Assembly: GCA_963789265.1 (NCBI GenBank) | Contig: CAWBKB010000001.1 | Span: 1,920,001 to 1,984,000 of the forward strand | Origin: an uncultured delta proteobacterium | Lineage (GTDB): Bacteria > Desulfobacterota > Desulfomonilia > Desulfomonilales > Desulfomonilaceae | Direction: 5' to 3' | DNA length: 64,000 nt | Shown: in pieces, positions 44,186 through 54,860 of the stretch | How positions within the stretch are numbered: the first letter of the stretch is position 1 | How the letters are laid out: each line of letters starts with the position of its first letter | The notes under the pieces: generated by a model | Seen by the model: only the letters and a program-made list of their open reading frames with translations | Told to the model about the DNA's origin: nothing | The model's database searches: none | Position numbers and translations under genes: made by a program

Positions 44186-45979
44186 TCACGCATAATGCTG
44201 GTATTCGGGGTAGTACATGAGAGATTTGATCGCGGCGGCCAAATCGTCCGGCTTAGGACTGCGGGCAAGACCTCGCTGATACGCCAGTTCAGCCACCTCG
44301 ATAGCAATGGACAAGGAAACGTCCCTGATGTTGCGCAGCGGAGGATAAACACTTCCCTGTCGGAGATCCGCTTCGGACACATGATGCGCCAGAGTTCTAG
44401 CGGCAACGAGGAACATGTCATCAGTAACGTGTTTCGCGCCACAAGCCAATACGCCTAGCCCGATACCTGGAAAGATGTACACGTTATTGCCTTGTGTAGG
44501 TACGAACGTCTTTCCGTGAACCGTGACCGGATCAAAGGGGCTACCGCTTGCAAAGACCGCCCGACCCTGAGTCCAAGTGTATGCCTCCTCAGCAGTGCAT
44601 TCGGTCTTGGAAGTCGGATTGGACAGGGAGAAAATAATGGGCCTCTCGTTAAGCTCCGCCATGGTCTCCAGAACCGGTCGTGTGAACATACGTGGCTTTG
44701 CCGACACCCCGATAATCGCCGTGGGCGTAAGCGCCTTAATGGCATAAAGAAAGTCCGCTATCGGTTCATAATCGTGCGCATATAGAAGCTTGTGCTCCGT
44801 GAGATCGGTCCGGCTTTTTACGACAAGACCTTTCGAATCGACAAACCAGCATCTCTGACGGGCCTCATCTTCAGTCAATCCCTCATCAATCATTGCAGAG
44901 ACCAGCAGGTCCCCGGTGCCGAGTCCGGCTTCGCCTGCCCCAAGAAAGAGGAATTTGTGGTCACTGAGTTTGCCTCCGGTTATTCGCACGGATGAGTAGA
45001 GCCCGGCTACGGTAACTGAAGCCGTACCCTGAATGTCGTCATTGAAGCAGCAGATCTCGTTCCGATATTTCTGTAGGATACGGAACGCATTCTGATTGGC
45101 AAAATCTTCGAACTGGATTAGTGCTCCGGGGAATTCATCCTGCACCGCGTTGACGAACTCATCAATCAAGTCGTCGTATGCCTTCCCTCGCAAGCGGCGT
45201 TGCTTCAGGCCGATGTACAGGGGACCATTGAGCAGCTCTTCGTTTTCCGTGCCCACATCAAGTGTAACCGGCAGCACCTGATACGGATGGATTCCGCCGC
45301 ACGCAGTATAGAGCGTAAGTTTTCCCGACGGAATTCCCATACCGTGGGCGCCGACGTCTCCGAGGCCGAGGATTCGCTCTCCGTCGGTAACCACGATGAC
45401 TCGAGTGTCCTGAATTCGTGGGTTGCGAAGGACATGGGCAATTCGCCCCCTATCGTTTGCTGTAATAAACAGGCCGTGAGGTCTGCGGAAGATACCGCTG
45501 TACTCCAGGCATGCCTGCCCCACCGTGGGGGTGTACACGATAGGCATTAGTTCTTCGATGTTATCAATGATCATCCGGAAGAACAACGTCATGTTGCGAT
45601 CCTGAAGACCGGCCAGAAAGATGTACTTGTCCAGATTGGTGGTCTTCCTTCTACAGTTTCCGAGGACGCGCACAAGCTGCTCTTCCATGGTGTGGACGCG
45701 GGGGGGCAGGAGACCTCGAATACCTAATGCATCACGTTCCGCCTCGGTGAAAGCAGTGCCCTTATTGAAAGCCGGATCTCTGAGCACGGCAACACCAAGC
45801 GGGAGACGCACCATAAGTTGTTTTGAGTCCTTTTTAGGCGAGACATCCGACACTGAGCCTGTTGTCTTGGAGGGTTCGCCTGTGCGGGAGCCCGGCTGCG
45901 CTGAGTCGCGAGGGCTCTTCAATTGAGGTTTGGAGGAATGACCCGCGTTATCTCTTGCGTCGCCTGTTGGGTTGCCCAT
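44186..45979 (-). CDS. maeA: NAD(P)-dependent malic enzyme (SfcA/MaeA-type)
   Basis: NKGTAF, PIVYTPTVG, VVTDGERILGLGD, QFEDF, FNDDIQGT, GAGEAG, LSNPT, QGNNVYIFPG. Confidence 0.93.
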   Translation of the reverse strand: MGNPTGDARDNAGHSSKPQLKSPRDSAQPGSRTGEPSKTTGSVSDVSPKKDSKQLMVRLPLGVAVLRDPAFNKGTAFTEAERDALGIRGLLPPRVHTMEEQLVRVLGNCRRKTTNLDKYIFLAGLQDRNMTLFFRMIIDNIEELMPIVYTPTVGQACLEYSGIFRRPHGLFITANDRGRIAHVLRNPRIQDTRVIVVTDGERILGLGDVGAHGMGIPSGKLTLYTACGGIHPYQVLPVTLDVGTENEELLNGPLYIGLKQRRLRGKAYDDLIDEFVNAVQDEFPGALIQFEDFANQNAFRILQKYRNEICCFNDDIQGTASVTVAGLYSSVRITGGKLSDHKFLFLGAGEAGLGTGDLLVSAMIDEGLTEDEARQRCWFVDSKGLVVKSRTDLTEHKLLYAHDYEPIADFLYAIKALTPTAIIGVSAKPRMFTRPVLETMAELNERPIIFSLSNPTSKTECTAEEAYTWTQGRAVFASGSPFDPVTVHGKTFVPTQGNNVYIFPGIGLGVLACGAKHVTDDMFLVAARTLAHHVSEADLRQGSVYPPLRNIRDVSLSIAIEVAELAYQRGLARSPKPDDLAAAIKSLMYYPEYQHYA

Positions 45980-46129
45980 GAAATTCTCCTGTTCAGGGGA
46001 CCGAATCTTGGACCTTGAGAAACAACGTTTTGTCGCGGTTTCACCTTACCACAATTTTCAGCGCGATGATAAAGGAGATCCGACAGCTCGCGAAATTCGG
46101 TCAGGGGCGCCCGTGTATCCGGCTAGGCT

Positions 46130-46363
46130 TCAAAGTGCCGGGCTCGGGCGGGCCCTGTCCCAGCTTATCAATGAGCTTGGGCTGGCGGCAAACTGACACG
46201 CACCGCGAATAATCCCCGGGTACGTCGAGCGATCATAGGTAAGTTGGCAACTTTGCGGACACTGTCCTTGATCGTAAATACCAGCGCCGGCGAATTGCGT
46301 AAATGTCAAAGCGGCCGCTATTATGACGCAAAAAGTGATCAATACTAATCCTGTTCCTGACAT
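46130..46363 (-). CDS. Possible small secreted Cys-containing protein
   Basis: GGAG RBS, hydrophobic signal-like N-terminus ending AGA, CPQSC...C. Confidence 0.4.
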   Translation of the reverse strand: MSGTGLVLITFCVIIAAALTFTQFAGAGIYDQGQCPQSCQLTYDRSTYPGIIRGACQFAASPSSLISWDRARPSPAL

Positions 46364-46611
46364 GGCAAACTCTCCGCTGCTCCGCGCCGCAATTTCGCAT
46401 GGCCCCTTCCCCCTCTTTCTTATAAATATGGTGTCTGAACGGAAAACTGCAAGAGTGTGATTAATGAGATGCGGAGATTCCTAAAGATTATGACCTAATT
46501 ACTTCTTTTCGCAAATATGGTGTCTTGTTTCGAGCCTGGTGCCAGCGTATTTCCGAAACGCAGGTACTAAGTCATGGTTTTCGTAAATACGGTCACGTAT
46601 TTTCACGTTAG

Positions 46612-46684
46612 AGATTGCTTCGTCGTTTCACTCCTCGCAATGACATTCCCACTACCTGTCATTGCGAGCGAAGCGAAGCAATCT
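46612..46684. repeat. GTCATTGCGAG-type palindromic repeat doublet
   Basis: AGATTGCTTCG...CTCGCAATGAC / GTCATTGCGAGCGAAGCGAAGCAATCT inverted pair, flanked by AATACGGTCACGT (46586-46598) and ACGTCACCGTATT (46705-46717). Confidence 0.75.
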
Positions 46685-46749
46685 TCTTCAGGGCCGGGGT
46701 CTTAACGTCACCGTATTCTGGTACCGTAGCCGTCATTCCCGCGGACGCG

Positions 46750-46930
46750 CATTTGCGTTAAGTTAAGCGTGATGCGTAATAAAAACTGCCGTTCAGCATG
46801 TAGGATGTGCTGAACCCTGCCAAGGCAGGGGAAGCGCATCGGCCGCGTCAGCGCTCCGTCTTACACAATCGATGCGCTTCGCTTCGCTCAGCACATCCTA
46901 CGAAATTGCTGCTTAACTTAACGCGAATTG
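46750..46930. mobile_element. MITE (181 bp) with terminal inverted repeats and a 9-bp target-site duplication
   Basis: Ends CATTTGCGTTAAGTTAAGC / GCTTAACTTAACGCGAATTG; flanked by GCGGACGCG at 46741-46749 and 46931-46939; contains a GTAG doublet at 46800-46901. Confidence 0.8.
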
Positions 46931-47176
46931 GCGGACGCGGGAACCCAGTAAGACCGGCCTCCCCGCGGGACGCGGGGTTGTTCACGAAACGCCGGCAGGG
47001 ACGCCGGCGCTACCGTGCAATTGGTACCGTAATCATGAAACTCTGCACTAAGTACTATAAAGCCTAAATCCGGTTCCGTATTCTGGTAACATCGCTGTCT
47101 TTCTCGCGTACGCAGGAATCGAGAAGGCCGGCTCTAGAGAATGACTTTCAGCCATCGTGCGTCCATCAGCCCTTCC

Positions 47177-48973
47177 TCACCTTGCGGCTCGCTGCAAGCG
47201 CTCTTCGAGGTGGGCCAACTCTTGATGCAGCCCGTCAGGAAGCCTGTCGCCGAATTGTTCGAAATGCTCCCGGATGAGAGGCACCTCAGACAACCACTCG
47301 TCAATATCCACTTTCAGCAGTTCGTCCATGGCAGAAGGCTCTACGGTAAGACCCATAAGATCGAGTGAGTCAGGAGCGGGCAAACGGCCGATTGGTGTCT
47401 CGATCGCCTTTCCTCTGCCGCTCACGCGTTCGAAAACCCACTTGAGTACCCGGCTGTTCTCGCCATATCCCGGCCACAGGAATCTTCCGTCGGAGTCCTT
47501 GCGGAACCAATTGACATAGTAGATTCTTGGCAATTTGTCCGCTTCAGCGCTCGCACCGATTCTCAGCCAGTGCGCGAAATAATCCGCCATGTGATAGCCG
47601 CAGAACGGAAGCATTGCCATCGGATCGCGCCGCAGCCGACCCACCTTCCCCGCCGCGGCAGCGGTGGTTTCGCTGCTCGTGATCGATCCAAGAAAAGTCC
47701 CGTGTTGCCAACTCAATGCCTCGGTAACCAGTGGTATCACTGTGCCGCGGCGCCCACCAAAGAGGATCGCGTCTATGGGCACGCCGTTGGGATCTTCCCA
47801 CTCCGGAGCGATGGCAGGACATTGCCTTGCCGGGGCCGTGAAGCGAGCATTCGGATGCGCCGCGTTTCGCCCGCACTGGGGCATCCATCGCCGTCGCAGC
47901 CAGTCCGTCAACTCGGCTGGTTCCTCCTCTGTCAGCCCTTCCCACCACACGTCGCCTTCCGGCGTAATAGCGCAATTGGTGAAGATTGAATTTTTGCAAG
48001 CTGTTAGTACCGCATTAGCATTTGTTTTCATACTGGTGCCCGGGGCTACGCCGAAGAAGCCCGCCTCGGGGTTGATCGCATATAGCCTTCCATCCGAGCC
48101 GAACTTCATCCATGCAATATCGTCGCCGATGGGCTCCACCCGCCACCCCGGAATGGTGGGGATCAGCATGGCAAGGTTGGTTTTGCCGCAAGCAGACGGA
48201 AACGCTCCGGTTATGTAGCGTACTTCACCTTCAGGGCTGACCAGTTTGAGGATCAGCATGTGCTCAGCCATCCAGCCCTCATCACGAGCCTGGACACAGG
48301 CGATGCGAAGCGCATGGCACTTCTTCCCCAACAGTGCGTTGCCCCCATACCCGGACCCGTAGGACCAAATCTCTCGCGTTTCCGGGAAGTGGCATATATA
48401 CTTTTCTTTTGCATTGCAAGGCCAGGGAACGTCGGGAGTCCCGGATTCGAGTGGCGCTCCAACCGAGTGGAGCCCCTTCACGAACTCGCCGTCCTCTCCG
48501 AGCACGTCCAGGACGTCGGTCCCTACGCGGGTCATGATGTGCATGTTGGCCACGACATACGGCGAATCCGTGATCTCCACTCCTATCTTGGCAATGGGTG
48601 AGCCCGTAGGCCCCATACTGTAAGGAATCACGTACATCCGTCGACCCTTCATAGAGCCTGCAAAAAATCCGGAAAGTTTGGCCTTCATTTCCGCGGGGTC
48701 CGCCCAGTTGTTTGTCGGCCCTGCGTCTTCTTGCAGCCTCGAACATATAAAGGTCCGGTCTTCAACGCGAGCCACGTCGGCAGGGTCCGAGCGGATATAG
48801 ACACTGTTCGGCCGTCTGGACGAATCCATTGGCATGGCGGTGCCGGTGTGAATCATCACTCGCAGCATTCGCTGATATTCCTCTTCCGTACCTTCACACC
48901 AGCGGATCCGTTCCGGCCGACACATCTGAGCGACCTCTTCGACCCATTCTGCCAACTTCTTGTGCCTGATCAT
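47177..48973 (-). CDS. pckG: Phosphoenolpyruvate carboxykinase (GTP)
   Basis: [54 protein letters not shown]. Confidence 0.97.
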   Translation of the reverse strand: MIRHKKLAEWVEEVAQMCRPERIRWCEGTEEEYQRMLRVMIHTGTAMPMDSSRRPNSVYIRSDPADVARVEDRTFICSRLQEDAGPTNNWADPAEMKAKLSGFFAGSMKGRRMYVIPYSMGPTGSPIAKIGVEITDSPYVVANMHIMTRVGTDVLDVLGEDGEFVKGLHSVGAPLESGTPDVPWPCNAKEKYICHFPETREIWSYGSGYGGNALLGKKCHALRIACVQARDEGWMAEHMLILKLVSPEGEVRYITGAFPSACGKTNLAMLIPTIPGWRVEPIGDDIAWMKFGSDGRLYAINPEAGFFGVAPGTSMKTNANAVLTACKNSIFTNCAITPEGDVWWEGLTEEEPAELTDWLRRRWMPQCGRNAAHPNARFTAPARQCPAIAPEWEDPNGVPIDAILFGGRRGTVIPLVTEALSWQHGTFLGSITSSETTAAAAGKVGRLRRDPMAMLPFCGYHMADYFAHWLRIGASAEADKLPRIYYVNWFRKDSDGRFLWPGYGENSRVLKWVFERVSGRGKAIETPIGRLPAPDSLDLMGLTVEPSAMDELLKVDIDEWLSEVPLIREHFEQFGDRLPDGLHQELAHLEERLQRAAR

Positions 48974-49389
48974 TCTGACTCCTCATGCGGGCGCGCAATA
49001 CAGCTTCGCGGCACGACCCATTATCGCTCCCAACGGATTCGCGGTCATGGCCTATGCCCCCGTGGCCCGACGACTTGCATTGCAAAGACGCCCCTGTTTT
49101 CCGTGTTCGGCCCTGAAAATGGGCAAGTCGGTATTTTATTCCTTTTCCTTGCTTTAGAGCAAATGCTTTTTCCAGTGCAGGCGTTCTACCTTGCCTTGGT
49201 CCGATGCAGTCTAACCCCTCAAATCTGTTGGGCAACTGTTGCCTTTTTTGCACAAAACAGGTACCAATGGTTGCTGTCCGTCGTAAAAGCCTGGAAGCTG
49301 ATGCTTACCGGTCGCGGCCTCTTTGTCCCGGAGCCCGGTCGCAGGTGTCATCCGGGTCTCAGTCTTCGTGTGCAAAGGAAACAAGAGAC

Positions 49390-50112
49390 TTGCCTTCCAG
49401 ATCGGTTTGGTTCGCGGCCGCCGCGGTCATAATATGTTCCACATGGCTGGCGGCATGCATCCCGGCTATCTTTGGCACGAAACAGAAGGCAGCGGGCGAT
49501 GGACCTGACAGCAGCCCATCACACCTCTCGAAGTCTACACACCCCACTGACCGGAAGCCCAGTTTGGCGGCCGGAAATTCCGGTGCCGGGGTACGGCGAG
49601 CCGGTTCGGGAAGTTCTACGCATTCCTTTGAGGCCGCGGCCAAGACGACGCGAGGTTCGAAGCTCTGGGCGGAACAAGGTGCCTCGGTCCGGATCGATCC
49701 CGGAAAACAAGAGACCGGCTCCAAAGAGGAAAAGCGCCCTGCAGGGGAATCATCCTCTCTCGCCAAAGCCGGCTCAAATGTACTTTCGAAGGCAGCGCCC
49801 CGATTCAAGAGACACAATCACGAAAAATACACTGAAAAGATTAGGAACAAAGCCAAAGACAAGGTGAACAAAGAAAGGACCTGCACTTATGCAACACTTT
49901 GCAGAGATTCCACCACCGATGAATGGTCGTTGTGGATCTACCGCTCTGAAGCTAAGACTTATCGATTCGTTGCCTACTCATGGGACGAAGTAGATGAAAA
50001 ATGGGAAAAATCTTTCGAGTCGGACAAACGTCCTCTTTCGGGCCTTAAACATCATCTTGAATTCACCGCCGTGGGCAAAGATTGCCAGATCCTGAAGGGC
50101 AGGAAGCGTTGA
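49390..50112 (+). CDS. Hypothetical lipoprotein
   Basis: TTG at 49390 after AAGGAA gives a 22-residue signal ending in lipobox LAA-C; disordered linker, then a compact Trp/Cys-containing C-domain. Start is uncertain. Confidence 0.6.
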   Translation: MPSRSVWFAAAAVIICSTWLAACIPAIFGTKQKAAGDGPDSSPSHLSKSTHPTDRKPSLAAGNSGAGVRRAGSGSSTHSFEAAAKTTRGSKLWAEQGASVRIDPGKQETGSKEEKRPAGESSSLAKAGSNVLSKAAPRFKRHNHEKYTEKIRNKAKDKVNKERTCTYATLCRDSTTDEWSLWIYRSEAKTYRFVAYSWDEVDEKWEKSFESDKRPLSGLKHHLEFTAVGKDCQILKGRKR

Positions 50113-50295
50113 CATCAGTTCACGGTAAACCCGCAAACCGCGAGGCGAATAGGACAAAAATCTCTGCAATTGTTGTATACTCAATAAACCGGAGGCTTGA
50201 AAGTTTGTCGTTGTGACATTTGAGTCTCAAACTTCCTGCTGATGAAGGAGGTTCAACTCGTGTCAGCAATTCATAATCGTTATTTTCCCGACCAA

Positions 50296-50943
50296 ATGCG
50301 AGTTCCCTGCAATACCGCTCTGAAATTGCTGCTCTTTGGCTTCTTCGTCGCATCTATTTCCGGTCACTTCTCCAGTTCGGCCGCGCTCGGTCTTCAGACG
50401 AGAGAGGAATGCGACAAATGTTGCCAGCACCAGGGCTTCGATGAATATTACACGGAACAGTGTAAACTGAAGTGCTTTCGAAATCACGACCATTGCGTTG
50501 GGCAAAAGTCGATGCGAACGCCCGCTGCTAAGCCTTCTGTCCAAGCACCCGCGCCACAGCCCCCGCCCTCGGTCCAAGCGCCACCACAACGCCCGCCCTC
50601 GGCCCAAGGACCGCCTCAACGCCCCCCTTCGGCCCAAGGACCACCTCAACGCCCGCCCTCGACCCAAGGACCACCACAACGCCCGCCTTCGGCCCAAGGA
50701 CCCGGACGTGAGCATAAGGGAACCGCGTTCAGATGGCCCAATCCCCTGAATCTGGTCCCTGGACGAGAACGTGAAGCTGCGGCACAGATTTTGGCCATCA
50801 ACGGAATTCCGCCTCAGAATCCCAGCTATGCGGCTGCTTTGCAGAGCGTGACCAATGTCTTGATGAACTTTGCGCGGGCCCATCCATCCGGCGGCAGGCT
50901 TCCGACGTCACAACTGGAACACATCCTGCGACAATTGAGGTAG
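50296..50943 (+). CDS. Hypothetical secreted protein: Cys-rich domain, proline-rich repeat, C-terminal helical domain
   Basis: Signal-like N-terminus, CDKCC...CKLKC...C, then PPSAQGPPQR-like repeats. Confidence 0.65.
   Translation: MRVPCNTALKLLLFGFFVASISGHFSSSAALGLQTREECDKCCQHQGFDEYYTEQCKLKCFRNHDHCVGQKSMRTPAAKPSVQAPAPQPPPSVQAPPQRPPSAQGPPQRPPSAQGPPQRPPSTQGPPQRPPSAQGPGREHKGTAFRWPNPLNLVPGREREAAAQILAINGIPPQNPSYAAALQSVTNVLMNFARAHPSGGRLPTSQLEHILRQLR
50561..50703 (+). repeat. 30-bp coding tandem repeat, about 4.7 copies
   Basis: Unit close to GCCCGCCCTCGGCCCAAGGACCACCACAAC, encoding a 10-aa Pro-rich repeat. Confidence 0.9.
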
Positions 50944-51044
50944 TCAAAGGGCGTCCCCGGCAAACGACCCCGCAATGGAGTGCGAGAAGGCATATTGTTG
51001 TCACTCCGGTCAGGCTCCCGCATCGTGAGAACACAAGACCGTTA

Positions 51045-52986
51045 TTGATGAAGCTTCCATTGCAAATCGGACTAGCGACAGCTATTTGGACAGCGGTAAC
51101 GGCTATCCTGCTAGTTATGCCTGTGCCGCACCTTTCGGCCTCGAACTCCCCTGCGAAGACCGATAGTTCTCACCGACCGCAATTGATTCCATCACCGGCG
51201 GCGGATACAACCGAATCAGCCCCACTCTACCCCACCTGGTGGGGCAGCCCCCCGGCAATACCGAAGCAAGTTCCCTGCAAGGACCCCGGGAAGTGCGTCA
51301 CGTGCCATGAGAAGACTTCAAGCATGGACATGAAACACGCGGTCGCATGTACCCGGTGCCACGGAGGAGACGCTCAAGCTAAGGACAAAGACGCTGCTCA
51401 TGCCGGCCTGATCAAAGATCCCGGCGATCTGAAGAAGGTCAACAAGACTTGCGGAAAATGTCACCCGGAAAAGGCGCGCAGGGTAAAGCATTCTGCTATG
51501 GCACTGGCCCCGAGAATGATCAACCAGACTCGATTCGCTTTCGGCGCACAAAAAAGCCCTGAAGCCAAATGCGCAACCATCGACATCGGCGAGCTGAAGC
51601 AAGTCCCCGATCCGGCCGTTTCTCAGAAACCTCGGAGATGATTTATTGAGGCGCTCATGTCTGAGATGCCACCTTTACACAAAAGGTTCGCAGCGTTGGG
51701 GGGAACATCGCGGTTTGGGATGCTCGGCATGCCACATTGCTTACCCGAATAGCAGCGATGGGAAGCCGCGTGCCCACGCTGTGGTTCGGGATGCCGGGAT
51801 TACCGCGTGCCTGAAATGCCATAACTCCAACCACGTCGGAGCAGATTATGTCGGGCTGTTCGAAAAAGATTTCGACCGCGGCTTCAGATCCCCAGTCACA
51901 CAGGGACATCAAGCCCACAGAATTTATGGGTCCGAGCAGCACCGCCTGATGCCTGACGTTCATTTCCGCGCCGGCATGACATGCATGGTTTGTCATACGC
52001 TGGATGAGGTACATGGCACTGGAGAAATCCCCCGCTCGCCGTACAACCACGTAAAGATTTCCTGCAAGGGTTGCCACGTTCGCGGAGATCATCCGGCCAT
52101 TCACAGAAAAAATAACGGGGAAATGATCTTGGCCCGAGGAATAGAGCGAAAAGTTCCCGCTTGGAATCCGCAGACTATCCCGCACAGTATAAAAATTCAC
52201 CGGGAGAAGCTCAAATGTTCCGCGTGCCATGCTGCCTGGTCGTTTCAGGATTACGGCTTCCACCTCATGCTGGAGGAAAGAGCTGATTACTGGAAATGGG
52301 CCACCACCGCGGCCCAAAATGATCCGCAGGTGCAGAAGCTTCTGAAGCGCGAGATTGGCACTTATGCGGAATTGATACCTCCTTCAGGAGGGCGGATACC
52401 TCCGAAACCGACTGATAAATGGGACCCACCGGTTACAAGGGATTGGCTCACGGGCGAATCGCGGCCGGGCGCGTGGTTCAGAGGTTTCACCGAAAGAATA
52501 TGGTCCCATCCTCCTCTCGGCTTGGATCGCCGCGCCAAGGTTTCCATAATGCGCCCAATGTATCAGTACGTGATTTCGCACGTGGATGCCGATAGCAATT
52601 TGCTTTTGGACCGCGAAATTCCAACTACCGGCGCCGGTCACCCCTCATTGATAATCAATCCGTACTCTCCGCACACCATTGCACCAAAAGGAAGGGCCTG
52701 TCAGGACTGCCACGGCAGTCCGAAAGCCGCGGGCCTTGGAGAGGGCCGCATGGGCATCGAGAAACCGGGATTCAGATCGGTATGGAGACGCGAGTCCCAG
52801 ATCCCGGGGCGCAAGTTCCTTTGGGATGCGCTTGTGGACGGGAAGGGCAACCCGCTTCAGTGGAGCAGCCACCCGTCCGCGGGCCCCTTGGACGCTGAAA
52901 CGGTCAAGCTGCTGCTCAACCCTCCACCTCGTCAGCGGGCCGAGTGGTCCAGATATTTAAGCGGGAACCGCAGCAGCCGACCTTGA
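51045..52986 (+). CDS. Multiheme c-type cytochrome (10 CxxCH); +1 frameshift near 51626-51630
   Basis: Signal peptide; CVTCH, CTRCH, CGKCH, then CLRCH, CSACH, CLKCH, CMVCH, CKGCH, CSACH, CQDCH; removing one A gives VSQ-NLGDDLLRRSCLRCH. Confidence 0.88.
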
Positions 52987-53011
52987 CAGTGGTCAGGCTC
53001 AAAGGTATCCT
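52983..53011 (+). promoter_or_regulatory. Probable sigma-70 promoter for gatCAB
   Basis: TTGACA-N17-TATCCT. Confidence 0.55.
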
Positions 53012-53074
53012 ACAATACTCGATTTTCAAGCCTGGGTGGTTGTCTTTACTCGGTACTTTCACAGAAGGTCAAAC

Positions 53075-53362
53075 ATGAAAATCACGCGTGAACAAGTCGA
53101 TTATGTAGCCCTTCTTGGCAGATTGGCTCTTGAACTTGAAGAAAAGGAAAAATACCTGGGTCAATTGGACGATATTCTCAAATATATGGATATGTTGGCC
53201 GAAGTACCCACTGACGACGTGGAACCCATGGCTGGCCCGGTCCAACTTTACACGCCATTGAGAGAGGATGAAGTCAAGCCCTCGCTTCGCGTGCAGGAGG
53301 CCCTCGCGAATGCCCCGGACCGGCACGACACATCCTTTCGGGTGCCCAAGGTCATAGAATAG
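53075..53362 (+). CDS. gatC: Asp/Glu-tRNA amidotransferase subunit C
   Basis: MKITREQVDYVA.L.RL, LREDE, ALANAP....FRVPKVIE. Confidence 0.95.
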   Translation: MKITREQVDYVALLGRLALELEEKEKYLGQLDDILKYMDMLAEVPTDDVEPMAGPVQLYTPLREDEVKPSLRVQEALANAPDRHDTSFRVPKVIE

Positions 53363-53390
53363 ATGAACCATTCGAACGAGGAATGATACG

Positions 53391-54851
53391 TTGGCAAATC
53401 TTCATCAAATGACTGCCACCGAACTCGCCCGAGTTCTTCGAGAGAAGAAGGCGAGCTCCGTCGAGATCACCAAGGCTTTCCTGAGTCGAATCGAAGCGCT
53501 TGAAGCAAAGGTCCACGCATTCATTACTGTTGCACCGGAACTCGCACTGGACATGGCCAAGGAAGCCGATCGCATGTTGGCCGGCGGACAGGGACGGCCA
53601 TTGACCGGAATCCCTATCGCGGTCAAGGACAACATGTGCATTAAAGGGCTCAGAACCACCTGCGGATCGAAAATCCTTCAGAATTTTTTTCCCCCTTATG
53701 ACGCGGAGGTGGTGCGTCGTTTACGCAAAGAAGGCTTGGTCATCCTGGGAACCGCAAACTGCGATGAATTTGCAATGGGATCTTCCACGGAGACTTCCTA
53801 TTGGGGAACAACCCATAACCCCTGGAATCTGGACATGATCCCGGGTGGTTCAAGTGGGGGCTCGGCCGCGGCTGTGGCGGCTGGAGAAGCAGTTGTGTCG
53901 CTGGGGTCGGACACCGGCGGTTCCATCAGGCTGCCCGCGGCTTTTTGTGGAGTAACAGGGATAAAGCCTACTTATGGAGCAGTCTCCCGCTACGGGCTGG
54001 TTGCGTATGCATCGAGCCTCGACCAGATTGGCCCAATCAGCCGCGATGTTCATGACTTGGCCCTGCTTCTGAACTTGCTATGCGGTCATGACCCGAAGGA
54101 TTCCACCTCCGTTCCCAGGGCGTACCCGGACTTTGCAGAATTCCTCGAGAAACCCGTCAAAGGTATGACGCTGGGTCTTCCCAAAGAATTCTTTAACAAA
54201 CTGACCAACGCGGACGTGGAAAAAGTTATCGCGGAGACGCAATCGGTTTTCCGCGGACTTGGCGTGAGCTTCGTGGATCTGTCACTGCCGCACCTTGATT
54301 ACGGTATTGCCGCCTATTACATCATAGCTCCCAGCGAGGCTTCGTCAAACCTGGCACGATATGACGGCGTCAAGTACGGCCACAGGGCCGCCAAGTTCGA
54401 CAGCATGATCGACATGTATTGCAGGACGCGCGCCGAGGGCTTCGGCCCGGAAGTAAAACGGCGCATCATGCTGGGAACTTACGCGCTTTCATCAGGGTAC
54501 TACGACGCTTATTATTTGAAAGCCGCAAAGGTGCGCACGCTCATCACGCTGGACTTCAAGAAAGCTTTCGAGAGTTGCGACGCTATCCTATGTCCAACCG
54601 CGCCGTCTCCGGCTTTTGCAATCGGCGAGAAGATAGACGACCCGATCCAAATGTATCTTACGGACGTTTTCACCATCCCTGTCAACATGGCAGGCTTGCC
54701 CGGCATGGCCATTCCGGCCGGCTTTTCCACGGACGGACTACCCGTAGGGTTGCAACTTATTGCTCCACACTTCGAGGAAGCTCGACTGATCCAACTGGCT
54801 GCGGCTTTCCAGAAAGAGACCGATCATCATCTAAAAAGACCCCCGTTATAG
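53391..54851 (+). CDS. gatA: Asp/Glu-tRNA amidotransferase subunit A
   Basis: [49 protein letters not shown]. Confidence 0.97.
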   Translation: MANLHQMTATELARVLREKKASSVEITKAFLSRIEALEAKVHAFITVAPELALDMAKEADRMLAGGQGRPLTGIPIAVKDNMCIKGLRTTCGSKILQNFFPPYDAEVVRRLRKEGLVILGTANCDEFAMGSSTETSYWGTTHNPWNLDMIPGGSSGGSAAAVAAGEAVVSLGSDTGGSIRLPAAFCGVTGIKPTYGAVSRYGLVAYASSLDQIGPISRDVHDLALLLNLLCGHDPKDSTSVPRAYPDFAEFLEKPVKGMTLGLPKEFFNKLTNADVEKVIAETQSVFRGLGVSFVDLSLPHLDYGIAAYYIIAPSEASSNLARYDGVKYGHRAAKFDSMIDMYCRTRAEGFGPEVKRRIMLGTYALSSGYYDAYYLKAAKVRTLITLDFKKAFESCDAILCPTAPSPAFAIGEKIDDPIQMYLTDVFTIPVNMAGLPGMAIPAGFSTDGLPVGLQLIAPHFEEARLIQLAAAFQKETDHHLKRPPL

Positions 54852-54860
54852 GATCAACCT

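Noticed and set aside
50561..50703. CRISPR-like periodic repeat
   Set aside because: The 30-bp units are contiguous with no unique spacers, vary mostly at codon level, lie inside an ORF, and have no cas genes nearby.
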